A DNA stretch of 64,000 nucleotides from an uncultured cyanobacterium (GCA_963793265.1 CAWBZI010000006.1:384001-448000); one strand, 5' to 3'. Counted from the stretch's first letter, positions 1-10,546 are shown. The notes: generated by a model from the sequence alone, not told the origin. Numbers and translations: made by a program.

Positions 1-713
1 TCTAGATCAAAAAGATGCAGGCGCTCTATCGACTGAATTTCTGAAGGCTCTAGAATATTGGCCCGGTAGGCTCCTGATTCATCAATTGCGCTAAAGCAGC
101 AAACTTGGTAGTAGTTTTCTCCAGATAGCTCGCGGTACTGCACCAGGGTGTACACATCAACAGGCTGCACAGGGAAAGGCAGCGAGAGTACAATTTTCTG
201 CTGGGTGGGTAAAAGCGAGAGCCGAACGGCGTTGCGAACGCCGTAATAGCCGACTTTATCGGCCTGAAGCGGATACTTGCGGTGGCGAGGCTGCACGTGG
301 CTGCGCATGAATGTGGCAATGCCTAAGCCTTCTTCGGTATAGGCTCCAATTAGGCTCACGTGAACATCGTAGGCTGGTACGTTACTGATATTGAAAACTT
401 CGAGAGATAACCCGCTGGCACTATTCGCAAGATCGCCAGTTAGGCTATTTTCGCCATTCCTTTTGTATTCAGAGCGGCTATCGAGGCCACTACCTAAGCC
501 TTTGTCAAGCTGGGCGTTTGTCAAACGATTTTCGGCTGGCCGTAGATCCCAATACAGATGGGGCAGGGCGCTAAGGCGTAGCTGCTTTTCGATAACGCTG
601 CGGTAATAGGTGCTCTCTTGCTGAAGCTGGTTGACGTTTTTATTCGTTAACCAGGCGTAAGTGCCGGTTAGCCCGATTAAAACTAAGTTACTAATAATTA
701 AAATGGGTTCCAT
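1..713 (-). CDS. Hypothetical protein with N-terminal transmembrane helix; 3' end runs off the window
   Basis: Manual translation from ATG at 713 (MEPILIISNLVLIGLTGTYAWLTNKNVNQLQQE...) stays open to position 1. It is absent from the ORF track because no stop codon lies in the window. Confidence 0.8.
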   Translation of the reverse strand, partial: MEPILIISNLVLIGLTGTYAWLTNKNVNQLQQESTYYRSVIEKQLRLSALPHLYWDLRPAENRLTNAQLDKGLGSGLDSRSEYKRNGENSLTGDLANSASGLSLEVFNISNVPAYDVHVSLIGAYTEEGLGIATFMRSHVQPRHRKYPLQADKVGYYGVRNAVRLSLLPTQQKIVLSLPFPVQPVDVYTLVQYRELSGENYYQVCCFSAIDESGAYRANILEPSEIQSIERLHLFDL

Positions 714-846
714 TCGTCCACCCCTTTACCTATATCCCTCATTAAAAATACCAGTTCTGTTTAATATTAAAGCTCTGAAGTCAAGCTCTACGGTTTGTAG
801 GCTGAGAATCTACTTTTTGTCGCAGTTTCTTTAAAAGAAGTGGCCT

Positions 847-2520
847 ATGTTTGCGCTCCAGCCTTTGCAAACTCATTCTATGCTGACGCGCGATGGTGTT
901 CGACTAGATGCCGATGTGTATGTACCCGAAGGTACAGGGCCGTTTCCCGTTTTGCTGATGCGTCAGCCTTATGGACGCGCGATCGCCTCCACAATTGTCT
1001 ACGCTCACCCACGCTGGTATGCCGCTCATGGCTACATCGTCGTGATTCAAGATACGCGCGGTCGCGGGTCGTCTGAAGGCAAATTTTCTCTGTTTGCTCA
1101 CGAAGTTGATGATGGTGAAGACACGGTGAAATGGGCAGCTCAGCTTCCGGGCAGCGATGGACAAGTGGGCATGTATGGCTTTTCGTATCAGGGCATGACG
1201 CAGCTATACGCGGCCCAAGCTCAGCCAAGTGCGCTAAAGACGATTGCTCCGGCAATGACGGGCTATCACCCTTATGAAGATTGGGCTTATGAAAACGGGG
1301 CGTTTTGCTTCCAGTTGGGCTTAACCTGGGGTCTTCAGCTTGCGGCTGAAACCGCTCGGATAGCAGGCGATCTTTCAACGTATCAAAAGCTTGTTCAAGC
1401 CGCTCGCCATCCTCCTCTATACGATCCGACGCCCGCCTGCCCTGACGTGCTAAAAGGCGTTGAGTCGTTCTTTCACGACTGGGTTGCAAATCCCAAAGAT
1501 AACGGCTATTGGCAGAGTCTCACGCCTCGAATGGCGGATGTGGATATGCCGATGCTGCATATTGGTGGCTGGTATGATCCTTATCTGCGAGGTGATTTAC
1601 GGCTGTATGAGGAAATGGTAGATTTTAGCGATCACACCCATCATCTATGCATAGGCCCGTGGGGACATATTCCCTGGGGCCGTAAGGTCGGTGAAGTAGA
1701 TTTTGGCGCGGCGGCAATGAGCCCAGTAGACCAGATTCAGATTCAGTGGTTTGATCATGTCCTTAAGAGCAAGGAGCTGCCGAACGAGGAACTGCCTGTC
1801 CGTTTGTTCGAGATGGGTCGTAATCAGTGGCGACGATTGGCAGCATGGCCTAGCAATTCAGCGGCTCAGAAGTCGTTTGCAACCTACTTTTTGCGGAGCG
1901 CGGGCCTAGCGAATATTAGAGAAGATAGCGGTAGGCTTTCGGTCACACCCGCTGAGACAACCAGCACTGATACGGTGGTTCACGATCCTTGGAATCCGGC
2001 TCCGGCACTGGGCGGGCATAGTGCCATACCGGCAGGGGTTTTTGAGCGCACGAAGGTGGATGCTCGGGGTGATGTGCTGACCTACACGAGCGCGCCGTTT
2101 GAGCAAGAAATGCGGGTGGTGGGAGTTGTTGAAGTGGTTTGTGCGATCGCCTCATCGTCCCCTAGCTACGACCTGTGCGCGGTGCTCTCGCGCGTTTGTG
2201 GTGGCGATCGCACCGGCCAAGTCTATAACCTGACCCAAGGCTATTGCCGAGTTGAAAATAGCGGTCTAAACGACATGAAGGCGGTAAAGCTGCTGTTGCA
2301 TCCCACCTGCTTTAGCCTAGCGCCAGGTGAAGCCATGCGATTGAGCCTAAGTGCAGCTTGCTTTCCGGCTTATTTAGTCAATCCAGGTACAGGCGCACAG
2401 CCGAAAGAATCAAAGGCGATAGATGCTCAGATTATTAAGCTAGCGATCGCCCTCGGTGGCCCTGATGGTGCAAGCCTCAAACTTCCTTTACTCAAAGACG
2501 ATATCAGCGATAGATACTAA
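847..2520 (+). CDS. CocE/NonD family hydrolase (X-Pro dipeptidyl-peptidase S15-like)
   Basis: N-terminal TRDGVRLDADVYVP..GPFPVLL, QDTRGRGSSEG, nucleophile motif GFSYQG, GGWYD and GPWGH catalytic motifs, C-terminal PepX-like region. Confidence 0.92.
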   Translation: MFALQPLQTHSMLTRDGVRLDADVYVPEGTGPFPVLLMRQPYGRAIASTIVYAHPRWYAAHGYIVVIQDTRGRGSSEGKFSLFAHEVDDGEDTVKWAAQLPGSDGQVGMYGFSYQGMTQLYAAQAQPSALKTIAPAMTGYHPYEDWAYENGAFCFQLGLTWGLQLAAETARIAGDLSTYQKLVQAARHPPLYDPTPACPDVLKGVESFFHDWVANPKDNGYWQSLTPRMADVDMPMLHIGGWYDPYLRGDLRLYEEMVDFSDHTHHLCIGPWGHIPWGRKVGEVDFGAAAMSPVDQIQIQWFDHVLKSKELPNEELPVRLFEMGRNQWRRLAAWPSNSAAQKSFATYFLRSAGLANIREDSGRLSVTPAETTSTDTVVHDPWNPAPALGGHSAIPAGVFERTKVDARGDVLTYTSAPFEQEMRVVGVVEVVCAIASSSPSYDLCAVLSRVCGGDRTGQVYNLTQGYCRVENSGLNDMKAVKLLLHPTCFSLAPGEAMRLSLSAACFPAYLVNPGTGAQPKESKAIDAQIIKLAIALGGPDGASLKLPLLKDDISDRY

Positions 2521-2948
2521 GCTGAATACGACTGATTGAACACTTCAAACACGCGACGACAGCAGCTTCTTAAAGATTCTCCTGACGTGGGCTCTGGCGT
2601 TATCTCACCTTCAAATCGCCAGTTGTCGATAGTAGAGAGTCGCCACTGCTGACCGCGATGGTCGAACCCAGCAACTTCTAAACCAATAGCTTTGAACTCA
2701 TCGGTTTCGACATCTTGATGCAGCCTGATTTGTATCAGCAGGCTGCGGCACTGAAATAGGCGGCTGACGCCGGGAAAATGAAAGCCGATATCTACAGAGT
2801 GTGGATCGAGTAAATTGCGTGTCTCAGGATCATTGGCCCAAGGTTTGAGGTCAGCCCGCAGGTCAGGGAGTTCAGACTTGAATAATCCGATAGTTGCCGC
2901 GATCTTACTGGCAAATTCAATCGTTGATGCTTGTTCTGCTGCGTTCAC
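2517..2948 (-). CDS. Conserved cyanobacterial hypothetical protein
   Basis: 143-aa ORF (GTG start) with protein-like composition, convergent with the CocE gene with a 4-nt overlap. Confidence 0.8.
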   Translation of the reverse strand: MNAAEQASTIEFASKIAATIGLFKSELPDLRADLKPWANDPETRNLLDPHSVDIGFHFPGVSRLFQCRSLLIQIRLHQDVETDEFKAIGLEVAGFDHRGQQWRLSTIDNWRFEGEITPEPTSGESLRSCCRRVFEVFNQSYSA

Positions 2949-3120
2949 GCTTAACCTTTACTCCTCAGAACCTATTGTAGCGACCTAATAATAAGCAGTT
3001 CTAGTGCAGCCGCTTAGATACTAATGCCATAGCTATGAGATGGTTGAATGTAACCACCCTTACAAAAGTTTGAAGAGGTTTGGCGCTCAAGATGCCAGAG
3101 TGCAGCTTGAGGATATGCCT

Positions 3121-3735
3121 TCAAAGGTGGGCCTGGCAGGTGGCTAAGATGCTGCGATCGCTCTCGCTAACCGGTAAAGCGTGAAATCCTTCAATATTAG
3201 GCGGAACCGATACGCTCAACCGACTAGCAATCTCCGAGGCAGGCGCGTTGAGCGTTAGCGCGTAAGCGGAGGTTTCTTGTGAATAGCTATCTGTTACCTG
3301 AAGCGCTATGTCCGTCGAACTCATTTGACCTTGCACACAGTCAAAAGATGATGATGGCATATAGAATGCGCCGGTTACGCTTCCAGACTGAGACTCAAAA
3401 ACAAAGTAGGTTGTTGTAGCTTGATTGGCTACGGGCCGCTCACCATATAAATAGACACCATCGGCCGGGTAGCTCTCTAAGTGATCCTCAGTGACCGCAG
3501 GCATTGACTCAACCGAATGCACTTGATCAACGAGTATCCGCTCTGCTTGCGCGCGTCTGGCCCCTTCTTGCAAAGCTTGTAGCCGCTGAAGGCGAGAGAG
3601 ATTATTGGTAACAGACTCTACGAACTCGGCATGGGCCGGGGAAGAAGTAGTGCCGATTGTTAATGCGGTTGCCCCTATCGTCAGCCCCGTCAATCGAGTG
3701 GGAAAGAGCCAAACTTTACGTTTTAGTTGTGTCAT
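3121..3735 (-). CDS. Hypothetical exported protein
   Basis: Likely start ATG 3735 (MTQLKRK..., signal peptide ending PAHA). Contains a DGVYLYGE...YFVFE...GAFYMPSSSFDC block resembling cyanobacterial hypothetical proteins. Confidence 0.72.
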   Translation of the reverse strand: MTQLKRKVWLFPTRLTGLTIGATALTIGTTSSPAHAEFVESVTNNLSRLQRLQALQEGARRAQAERILVDQVHSVESMPAVTEDHLESYPADGVYLYGERPVANQATTTYFVFESQSGSVTGAFYMPSSSFDCVQGQMSSTDIALQVTDSYSQETSAYALTLNAPASEIASRLSVSVPPNIEGFHALPVSESDRSILATCQAHL

Positions 3736-3982
3736 TTTTATGAATTCCAGGAAAGCAAAGAAACCGCCTTGGTTACTAATTGACACTACATAAAAACACG
3801 GACGGATTTCTCGACGAGAATCACATCTAGTCATTCCTTCATCGAAACTTGAGCGATGTGTGATCTCGACTAAAAAACGGCAAATTAGGTTAAATTGATG
3901 CTTTTATAGCTATGGTGTCGGCTGTTTAAACGCCAACTATGTAGGGTCTGCTTTCCAAATATGTCCGCAGCTATGGCGTCAC

Positions 3983-3998
3983 TGTAGCTTTAGATACA
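3983..3998. promoter_or_regulatory. Candidate NtcA-binding site
   Basis: TGTAGCTTTAGATACA matches TGTA-N8-TACA exactly, in the divergent intergenic region upstream of sasA. No canonical -10 box at the usual spacing. Confidence 0.4.
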
Positions 3999-4258
3999 CA
4001 ACGTCGAAATTATGAATAGTAATCCCTGTATCATTCAGCTCAGTGCTTGCACGCAAAAACTTCTTTAAGATCTGATTTTGCAAAGGGCAGACAGTATCTA
4101 GTCCGTGAAAAATATCGGAGGTGTCGCTAGCAAATACTTTTTAGTCGGAGCAGTTTCTTAAGGCTTTCTTTTAAAATAGCCGAAACTTGCTTGTAGAAAG
4201 AATTTGTCAAGAGGTATTGTAGGTATCTAAACGCCAATGCAACTCGATAGGAGGCTAA

Positions 4259-5431
4259 ATGGAGGCTCGCGCTTCAGTTTCGCCCAAGACTGATGAACCC
4301 TTTAAGCTTTTGCTATTCATCGACAAACGACCCAACGCGACCGAACATGTGCGACAGCTTCGTCAGCACCTCAAAGCACTACAGGGTGACAGCCACATCA
4401 GCTTAGAAATTGTAGACGTTACGAACCAGCCGTATCTAGCTGAGCACTTCAAACTTGTCGCTACGCCCGCGCTAATCAAAGTTTCGGCGGATAAACATCA
4501 GACGCTAGCAGGCAGCGATATTATTACGCAGCTAGACCATTGGTGGCCGCGCTGGCAAAAAGAGATAGACGACGCTCAAAAGCTCACTGCGAGCGGGGCT
4601 GATGATGTTATAGAAGATAGAAGCACGCTTGTAGATGCAGTGGCTCAGTCTACTGAAATATTGCGACTAGGCGATGAGATATTCAAGCTTGCGCAGGAAA
4701 AAGAGGGCTTGATATCACAGATTGCCTTTAAAGATCGCATTATTGCGATGATGGCTCATGACCTGCGAAATCCGCTCACAGCGGCTTCTATTGCTATAGA
4801 GACTTTGGAGCTAGCCTACGAGCCGAACAGTAAACGCACCGAGAAATTTACACCACAGCTAAAAGCTCATCTGCTGCGAAGCACTAAAGTGCAAATTCGG
4901 ACTATCAACAGCATGATCACAGAGATTTTGCAGGCTGCAAAAGGCTCTAGTGCTAACTGGCAGGTCACACCAGAAAAGCTCAATCTGCAAGTGCTATGTG
5001 GCAAAGTGATGGATACGTTTCAGGCAAAACTCAGGCACAAAAAGCAGAGCATCGATACCGATATTCCACAGGATCTTCCTTTTGTGTATGCCGATGGCGA
5101 TCAGGTGCAAAGAGTGCTAACTAATTTGATTGACAATGCCATTAAGTACACGCCTGCAAACGGTCAAATTGGCATTACTGCACTGCACCGTACAACCGAA
5201 AAAGTACAGGTGAGCATTAGAGATACAGGCCCTGGCATTCCAAGAGACAACCAAACGCTTATTTTTGAAGAGAGCTTTCGACTCCAGCGAGATCGGACAA
5301 AAGACGGCTACGGGATGGGGCTAGCCCTCTGTCAGCGGATCGTTCGGGCGCACTATGGCCAGATCTGGGTGGACTCAAAAAAAGGTGAGGGAAGCTGCTT
5401 TCACTTCACGCTGCCTGTTTATAAAGGATGA
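4259..5431 (+). CDS. sasA: Circadian clock-associated histidine kinase SasA
   Basis: N-terminal KaiB-like domain (QPYLAEHFKLVATPALIK), H-box AHDLRNPL, N-box NLIDNAIKYT, G1 DTGPGI, G2 GYGMGL. Confidence 0.95.
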   Translation: MEARASVSPKTDEPFKLLLFIDKRPNATEHVRQLRQHLKALQGDSHISLEIVDVTNQPYLAEHFKLVATPALIKVSADKHQTLAGSDIITQLDHWWPRWQKEIDDAQKLTASGADDVIEDRSTLVDAVAQSTEILRLGDEIFKLAQEKEGLISQIAFKDRIIAMMAHDLRNPLTAASIAIETLELAYEPNSKRTEKFTPQLKAHLLRSTKVQIRTINSMITEILQAAKGSSANWQVTPEKLNLQVLCGKVMDTFQAKLRHKKQSIDTDIPQDLPFVYADGDQVQRVLTNLIDNAIKYTPANGQIGITALHRTTEKVQVSIRDTGPGIPRDNQTLIFEESFRLQRDRTKDGYGMGLALCQRIVRAHYGQIWVDSKKGEGSCFHFTLPVYKG

Positions 5432-5448
5432 TTAGGCCGAGCAGGCTA

Positions 5449-6111
5449 CTACTTGCCTTTAATCATTTGGGCCTTCATCTGAGCGAGCTGCGCTTCGACG
5501 TTGCTCTGATTTTCTAGCTGGGAGAACTGCTTCTCAATCAGGTCACCAGAGAGTTCGCCAGCGACTTCTGCCTGCGCTTCTAAATCAAGTACGCGAGCCT
5601 CCATCTTTTCAAAGGCACCTGTTGCCGTCGCGCCACCGCCGCTCATTCTTTCATGCAGCCTAGTGCTCGACTGAGCCGCCCGAGCCCGAGCGATGTACAT
5701 ATCTTTTTGGATGCGGGCTTTGGCTAGCTGGCTTTCGAGCGATCGCATATTGGCCTTAAGCTTTTTAACGATGTCTGTATGCTGAGCAATTTGGCTTTTG
5801 AGCGTGTGGGCGTTTTGAGCATAGGTTTGCCGGTGCGATAGCGCTTGGCGGGCGGTGTCTTCGTCGCCTTTTTGCAGGGCTAGCTGAGCGCGCTGGTAGT
5901 ATTCTTGAGCGGTGCGAGTGGCCTGCTCGCTCTGTCGTTCGGTGCGCTTTTGGGTTGCGATCGCCTGAGCCACCGCCTGTCGCAGGCTCACCAAATCACC
6001 CTGCATATCAAACACTGCCTGCTGCAACGCTTTTTCAGGATCTTCAGCGCCATTCACCAGCGTATTAACGTTTGCTCTTACAACCCGAGAAATGCGATCT
6101 AGCAGTCCCAT
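5449..6111 (-). CDS. pspA: PspA/IM30 family protein (short PspA type, without the Vipp1 C-terminal extension)
   Basis: MGLLDRISRVVRANVN..AEDPEK, AFEKMEARV, coiled coil, 220 aa. Confidence 0.88.
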   Translation of the reverse strand: MGLLDRISRVVRANVNTLVNGAEDPEKALQQAVFDMQGDLVSLRQAVAQAIATQKRTERQSEQATRTAQEYYQRAQLALQKGDEDTARQALSHRQTYAQNAHTLKSQIAQHTDIVKKLKANMRSLESQLAKARIQKDMYIARARAAQSSTRLHERMSGGGATATGAFEKMEARVLDLEAQAEVAGELSGDLIEKQFSQLENQSNVEAQLAQMKAQMIKGK

Positions 6112-6151
6112 AGATAAACGCTTAGTACAAACGCAAAATCACAACACTCTT

Positions 6152-7198
6152 CTATTCTGTCGTAGGGCCGTAAATTTGGGCACTCACCCCTTTTGCTTTA
6201 ATCTCACTGACAAATTCCTGAGCGGCAGTTGGATTGTCAAATGCCGCTAGCTGTATGCGGTTACCATCTGCAAACTGCCGGACAAAAGCTTCTGATACTG
6301 ACTGTCGGATATCAAGCAGACCTTGCTCAGTGGAAAAAGGCACGGTGACGTAGTAGGTAACGCCCGCTGGAATAGCCACCGCCTGAGTTTCAGTAGGTAG
6401 TGCCGTAGCTGTTTGAGTCGGCGGCTGGCTAACGATGGGTGGCAGCGGCGTTTGAGCAGGAGAATCAGGCTTAAGCGCTGGATCTATCGCTGTTTGAGGC
6501 ATTTTTAGTGAGCTGAGATTGTCAATATCGATATCAACAAATTCTTGCTCTGATAGGTCTGGGCCGGGTGGATCGAACGTGGGCTGGGAGGCGGTTGCGA
6601 TCGCCGGATCTTCTCGCCTAAACCCTTTAGTCAATCGCTGCACAAGTGCAGGATCGTTCATGATGTAGCTAGAACCTAGTCCAGCAGCTAAACCCAAAAA
6701 ACCAAGGGTTGCACCTGCTAAAAGCGAAACCGTTTTACGCTTGGGTTTAAATGTCGCATCTACCGGTTCGGGCATTTCTGGTACATCTGTCAAGCTTTCA
6801 ATCAGCTTTTCAGACGATTCTAAATAGCTGCCTGATGTCGCAAGCGAACCTTCCGTATCTGATAGTCCACTGTTGAGCGCAAGCGGTTGAGACGATACCG
6901 ACGCGTCTGCTGATTCACTTTTGCTCTGCAGAAGCTTTTTGTTGCGAGGGAGCGGGGGTGGCTCGCTCGCAGGTAAGGCAGGCATTGCGACAGATGGAAT
7001 CGCCAGGGTGGACTCAAGCGTATCCAAATCGAAGGCAGGATCTTCAAACCCTGTAAACAAGTCACTAGCTGACGTACTGCTATGGTTGAGGCGGTTGCGA
7101 CGATAGCGGTTGAGTTCAGCTTCTAAGTTGACGTTAAGACTGCTGAGTACGGCTTGTAGTGAGGGAGATAGGTTGTCAGAGGATCGCTGGTCTGCCAT
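6152..7198 (-). CDS. Hypothetical membrane protein, possible SPOR-like C-terminal domain
   Basis: 348-aa ORF, LEAELNRYRR N-terminal motif, central TM helix, Pro-rich linker, C-terminal YYVTV...IQLAAF...A domain. Confidence 0.7.
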   Translation of the reverse strand: MADQRSSDNLSPSLQAVLSSLNVNLEAELNRYRRNRLNHSSTSASDLFTGFEDPAFDLDTLESTLAIPSVAMPALPASEPPPLPRNKKLLQSKSESADASVSSQPLALNSGLSDTEGSLATSGSYLESSEKLIESLTDVPEMPEPVDATFKPKRKTVSLLAGATLGFLGLAAGLGSSYIMNDPALVQRLTKGFRREDPAIATASQPTFDPPGPDLSEQEFVDIDIDNLSSLKMPQTAIDPALKPDSPAQTPLPPIVSQPPTQTATALPTETQAVAIPAGVTYYVTVPFSTEQGLLDIRQSVSEAFVRQFADGNRIQLAAFDNPTAAQEFVSEIKAKGVSAQIYGPTTE

Positions 7199-7383
7199 TA
7201 CAGACTCCGTTTAATTGAGGATAGTTAGTCGCCTAGTAGCTTATTAAATTATCTTAGTGAGACACACAGAGCAAGGCTAAACGCCTGTATTATCAGGGAA
7301 TTGGGCGATCTCACGCAAATAGAATTAGACTGAACAAATCATTTGTCACCACAGCACTTGCTCAACACTTACGTATCACGCAG

Positions 7384-7968
7384 ATGGCGCTAGAAGGGTT
7401 AGACGGATTAATCAAAGGCTTAGAGAACCAGGAAAGCTGGCAGGTGCAAAAGCAGTTTCGCCTTGTGCTTCTTCACTGGCCAAAAGCCGTCGGGTTTGCC
7501 GTGGCTCGCAAAACTCGCCCGGTAGGAATTCAGCGCGACACGCTATACGTTGCAACCTGTACAGCGGCTTGGGCACAAACGCTGGCTTACGAACGCCTCA
7601 ATATTTTACGTAAGCTCAATCGCTATCAGCCAAAGCCGCTAAAGACGATTCGGTTCTCGACAGCTCAGTGGAATCAGGCGGTGGGGAGAGGGCGCGAGGC
7701 AGGTGGTGCGATCGCATCTTCTAATGCACCCAACAGTGACCCCAACACAGGCAGATTGAAAGGCCACCCCAGCTACATCGGAGAGGTTCCTACCATCCCA
7801 CCCGATACCCAGCTCACCCCTCAAGAAGCTTTCCAGCGCTGGGCAGGTACGTTGCAACAGATGCAGCGTGTTCAGTCGCTTTGCCCGATTTGTCATTGCC
7901 GCTGCCCGAAAGGAGAGCTTGATCGGTGGGGTAGGTGCGCACTATGCGCCACAAAGCAGTGGCAGTAA
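7384..7968 (+). CDS. DUF721 / DciA family protein with C-terminal Zn ribbon
   Basis: WPKAVG..VARKTRPVGI...LYVA...AAWAQTL pattern; C-terminal CPIC...CALC. Confidence 0.85.
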   Translation: MALEGLDGLIKGLENQESWQVQKQFRLVLLHWPKAVGFAVARKTRPVGIQRDTLYVATCTAAWAQTLAYERLNILRKLNRYQPKPLKTIRFSTAQWNQAVGRGREAGGAIASSNAPNSDPNTGRLKGHPSYIGEVPTIPPDTQLTPQEAFQRWAGTLQQMQRVQSLCPICHCRCPKGELDRWGRCALCATKQWQ

Positions 7969-8341
7969 ATCGAACCTTTAACAAATTTCAAGGTATTGTT
8001 TAACCTTCAAAAGGTAGAATCTGTAACGACAAAATGTCTGTCTAGAAGTCAGTAAATTCCGCGGTTAAAACTAACAAAAAGTAGATGCTTTCTCAGCGAT
8101 CCCCGAGGGCTTTTTGAGCGGCGATCCCCAGTGTTTATGTCTCTTTTAGAATTCGTGAGATGCTTACCTGCAAACGTGTGTCGGTTCTTTAACTGATTGT
8201 GAAGAAAATCTAAAGCTCAATATGTTACGGCAGTCGCTTAACGGCTTGTTCTACCAAAAGGATCGGGTGTTTTGATCCCCAAAAGTAGGTTTCTTTAATA
8301 AGTCATCATATAGTTGAACTTACTAAGGTTTAAAAACTTTT

Positions 8342-8608
8342 ATGATGGCTGCTTCAAAGGGTGAAATGTCTCGTTGTGGTCTGTGTCGTTTTTATAGACA
8401 TGAAGGGCGAAGAGGAGGAACATGCAGTCAGCTAAACGTGCCTGTGAGCGGTAGTTTGAAGGCTTGCTGTCTCTCAGAGTCACCTTTTTCTAGTGACACT
8501 GAGACGATGGTGGGGATCGCTGACTGGGAGTCTTCTAAATATGTTGTGAACGACGTTATTTTGACAGCTAAAACGCCCATTAAGGTCGAGGCAATGTCTT
8601 TACACTAA
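8342..8608 (+). CDS. Small Cys-rich hypothetical protein
   Basis: CGLCRFYRHEGRRGGTCSQLNVPV...KACC pattern, likely metal-binding. Confidence 0.7.
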   Translation: MMAASKGEMSRCGLCRFYRHEGRRGGTCSQLNVPVSGSLKACCLSESPFSSDTETMVGIADWESSKYVVNDVILTAKTPIKVEAMSLH

Positions 8609-8757
8609 TGCTAAGAATTAGCGTTAGTTTGTCTGAGTCTTTGCAGTCGTCAGTTGAATCAATTGTCTAAATCATTTATGAAGATGAGATCACAGTAGAG
8701 TGTTTACTGTTGGTTTGAGCGATCGCTATTGGCTTATTCAATTAATTCGTGCGATCG

Positions 8758-9600
8758 CTATGGTAGCCAAGGATACTGTTTAAAGTCAGGTTCTCTTTTT
8801 TCAAGAAAAGCCTTTTTCCCTTCTGCACCTTCCTCACTTAAGTAATAAAGTAAAGTCGCATTTCCCGCCAGCTCTTGCAATCCAGCCTGGCCATCGCAGT
8901 CCGCATTAAAAGCTGATTTGAGGCAGCGAATAGCAATCGGGCTCTTTTGCATAATTTCCCTCGCCCAGATCACGCTTTCCGCTTCTAGCTGATCGATTGG
9001 CACCACAGTATTTACCAACCCCATATCCAACGCCTGCTGCGCGTCGTATTGACGGCAGAGGAACCAAATTTCGCGGGCTTTCTTTTGGCCGACCACGCGG
9101 GCCAGGTAGCTAGCCCCAAAGCCGCCATCAAAGCTACCCACTTTGGGGCCAGTTTGCCCGAAGATGGCGTTATCAGCAGCGATGCTCAAGTCACAGACCA
9201 GATGAAGCACATGACCGCCGCCGATTGCGTAACCTGCCACCATTGCAATCACCACTTTGGGCATGGAGCGAATCAGCCTTTGCAGATCCAGCACATTGAG
9301 TCGGGGCACGCCGTCGTCTCCTACGTAGCCAGCTTCACCGCGCACGCTCTGATCGCCACCTGAGCAAAAAGCATATTTGCCATCAGTGTGAGGCCCCATG
9401 CCGGTTAGCAAAATTACGCCCACACTGGTATCTTCGCGCGCGTTACAGAAGGCATCGTACATTTCAAAAACGGTCTTAGGACGAAAGGCGTTGCGCTTGT
9501 GAGGGCGGTTGATGGTGATTTTGGCAATGCCCTCATCCGTTTTGTGATATAGGATATCTTCGTAGTGGTTGACGGACTGCCAGATGACGGGTGTGGACAT
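8758..9600 (-). CDS. menB: 1,4-dihydroxy-2-naphthoyl-CoA synthase
   Basis: [48 protein letters not shown]. Confidence 0.98.
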   Translation of the reverse strand: MSTPVIWQSVNHYEDILYHKTDEGIAKITINRPHKRNAFRPKTVFEMYDAFCNAREDTSVGVILLTGMGPHTDGKYAFCSGGDQSVRGEAGYVGDDGVPRLNVLDLQRLIRSMPKVVIAMVAGYAIGGGHVLHLVCDLSIAADNAIFGQTGPKVGSFDGGFGASYLARVVGQKKAREIWFLCRQYDAQQALDMGLVNTVVPIDQLEAESVIWAREIMQKSPIAIRCLKSAFNADCDGQAGLQELAGNATLLYYLSEEGAEGKKAFLEKREPDFKQYPWLP

Positions 9601-9717
9601 GGTTTAGTGAGGTGAAACGTTAAGAACCTATGAGCTAGGCGATCAAAATATAAGCCGCTAGCGGAAAATAGAGAAACTATATCTTCTAGAGGAAATACGT
9701 TTTCTCTTCTTGAATTA

Positions 9718-10305
9718 ATGGCTTATTACTGGTTCAAAGCGTTTCATATTATCGGTGTTGTGGTTTGGTTTGCAGGCTTGTTCTATCTAGTGCGCCTGTT
9801 TATCTATCATGTGGAGGCCGAGGCCGAGCCAGAACCCGCTCGCGGCATTTTGCAAAAGCAGTACGGCATTATGGAAACGCGGCTGCTAAAAATTATTACA
9901 ACGCCCGGCATGATTTTGACGCTAGCGATGGCGGGCGGGCTACTGTGGCAGCGGCCAGAAGTGCTGCACGAAGGCTGGATGCACGCAAAGCTAGGCTTTG
10001 TCGCGGCGCTGGTGGTGTATCACATGTACTGTGCGAAGCTGCGAAAACAGCTCGCTGCCGGTGAATGTAAGTGGGGGCCAAAGCAGCTCAGGGCTCTGAA
10101 CGAAGCGCCTACGTTGCTGCTGGTGTCGATTGTGATGCTGGTCATTTTTCAAAACAGCTTTCCCACCGGGCGAGTGACTTGGCTGATAGCAGGACTGGTT
10201 CTATCGTTTGTGATTAGCATTCAGCTCTATGCCCGTAAAAGACGGTTAGATAAAGAGCGCGAGACGGCTGAGCCAACGGCGGGTGCTCAGGCGCTACAGA
10301 GCTAG
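9718..10305 (+). CDS. hemJ: Protoporphyrinogen oxidase HemJ
   Basis: YYWFKAFHIIGVVVWFAGLFYLVRLFIYHVEA, RALNEAPT. Confidence 0.97.
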   Translation: MAYYWFKAFHIIGVVVWFAGLFYLVRLFIYHVEAEAEPEPARGILQKQYGIMETRLLKIITTPGMILTLAMAGGLLWQRPEVLHEGWMHAKLGFVAALVVYHMYCAKLRKQLAAGECKWGPKQLRALNEAPTLLLVSIVMLVIFQNSFPTGRVTWLIAGLVLSFVISIQLYARKRRLDKERETAEPTAGAQALQS

Positions 10306-10402
10306 TGGACAAGGGGAATAGACTAGGCTGAAGAACAAGCCAGGTGATCAGCATTCGTAGTACATTGAGCATGAGCTAATCGTGATACAAGGGAAATGAA
10401 TG

Positions 10403-10546
10403 ATGAGTAAAGCACCCGCCAAATTTGGCTTCACTGAATTTGCCGAGACTTGGAATGGCCGACTGGCAATGATTGGTTTTGTAGCCGCTATTATTAACGA
10501 GCTGATTTCTGGAAAAGGCGTTTTGGCTCAGCTAGGCTTGATGTAG
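10403..10546 (+). CDS. High-light-inducible protein (HLIP/SCP), 47 aa
   Basis: Not in ORF track. Manual translation [47 protein letters not shown] contains the chlorophyll-binding [11 protein letters not shown] motif. Confidence 0.96.
   Translation: MSKAPAKFGFTEFAETWNGRLAMIGFVAAIINELISGKGVLAQLGLM

Noticed and set aside
50..606. ORF-track entries 50..319 (-) and 391..606 (+)
   Set aside because: They are shadows of the longer minus-strand gene starting at 713 that runs off the window.
5449..6111. Calling this gene vipp1
   Set aside because: At 220 aa it lacks the C-terminal extension that distinguishes Vipp1; it fits the PspA paralogue.
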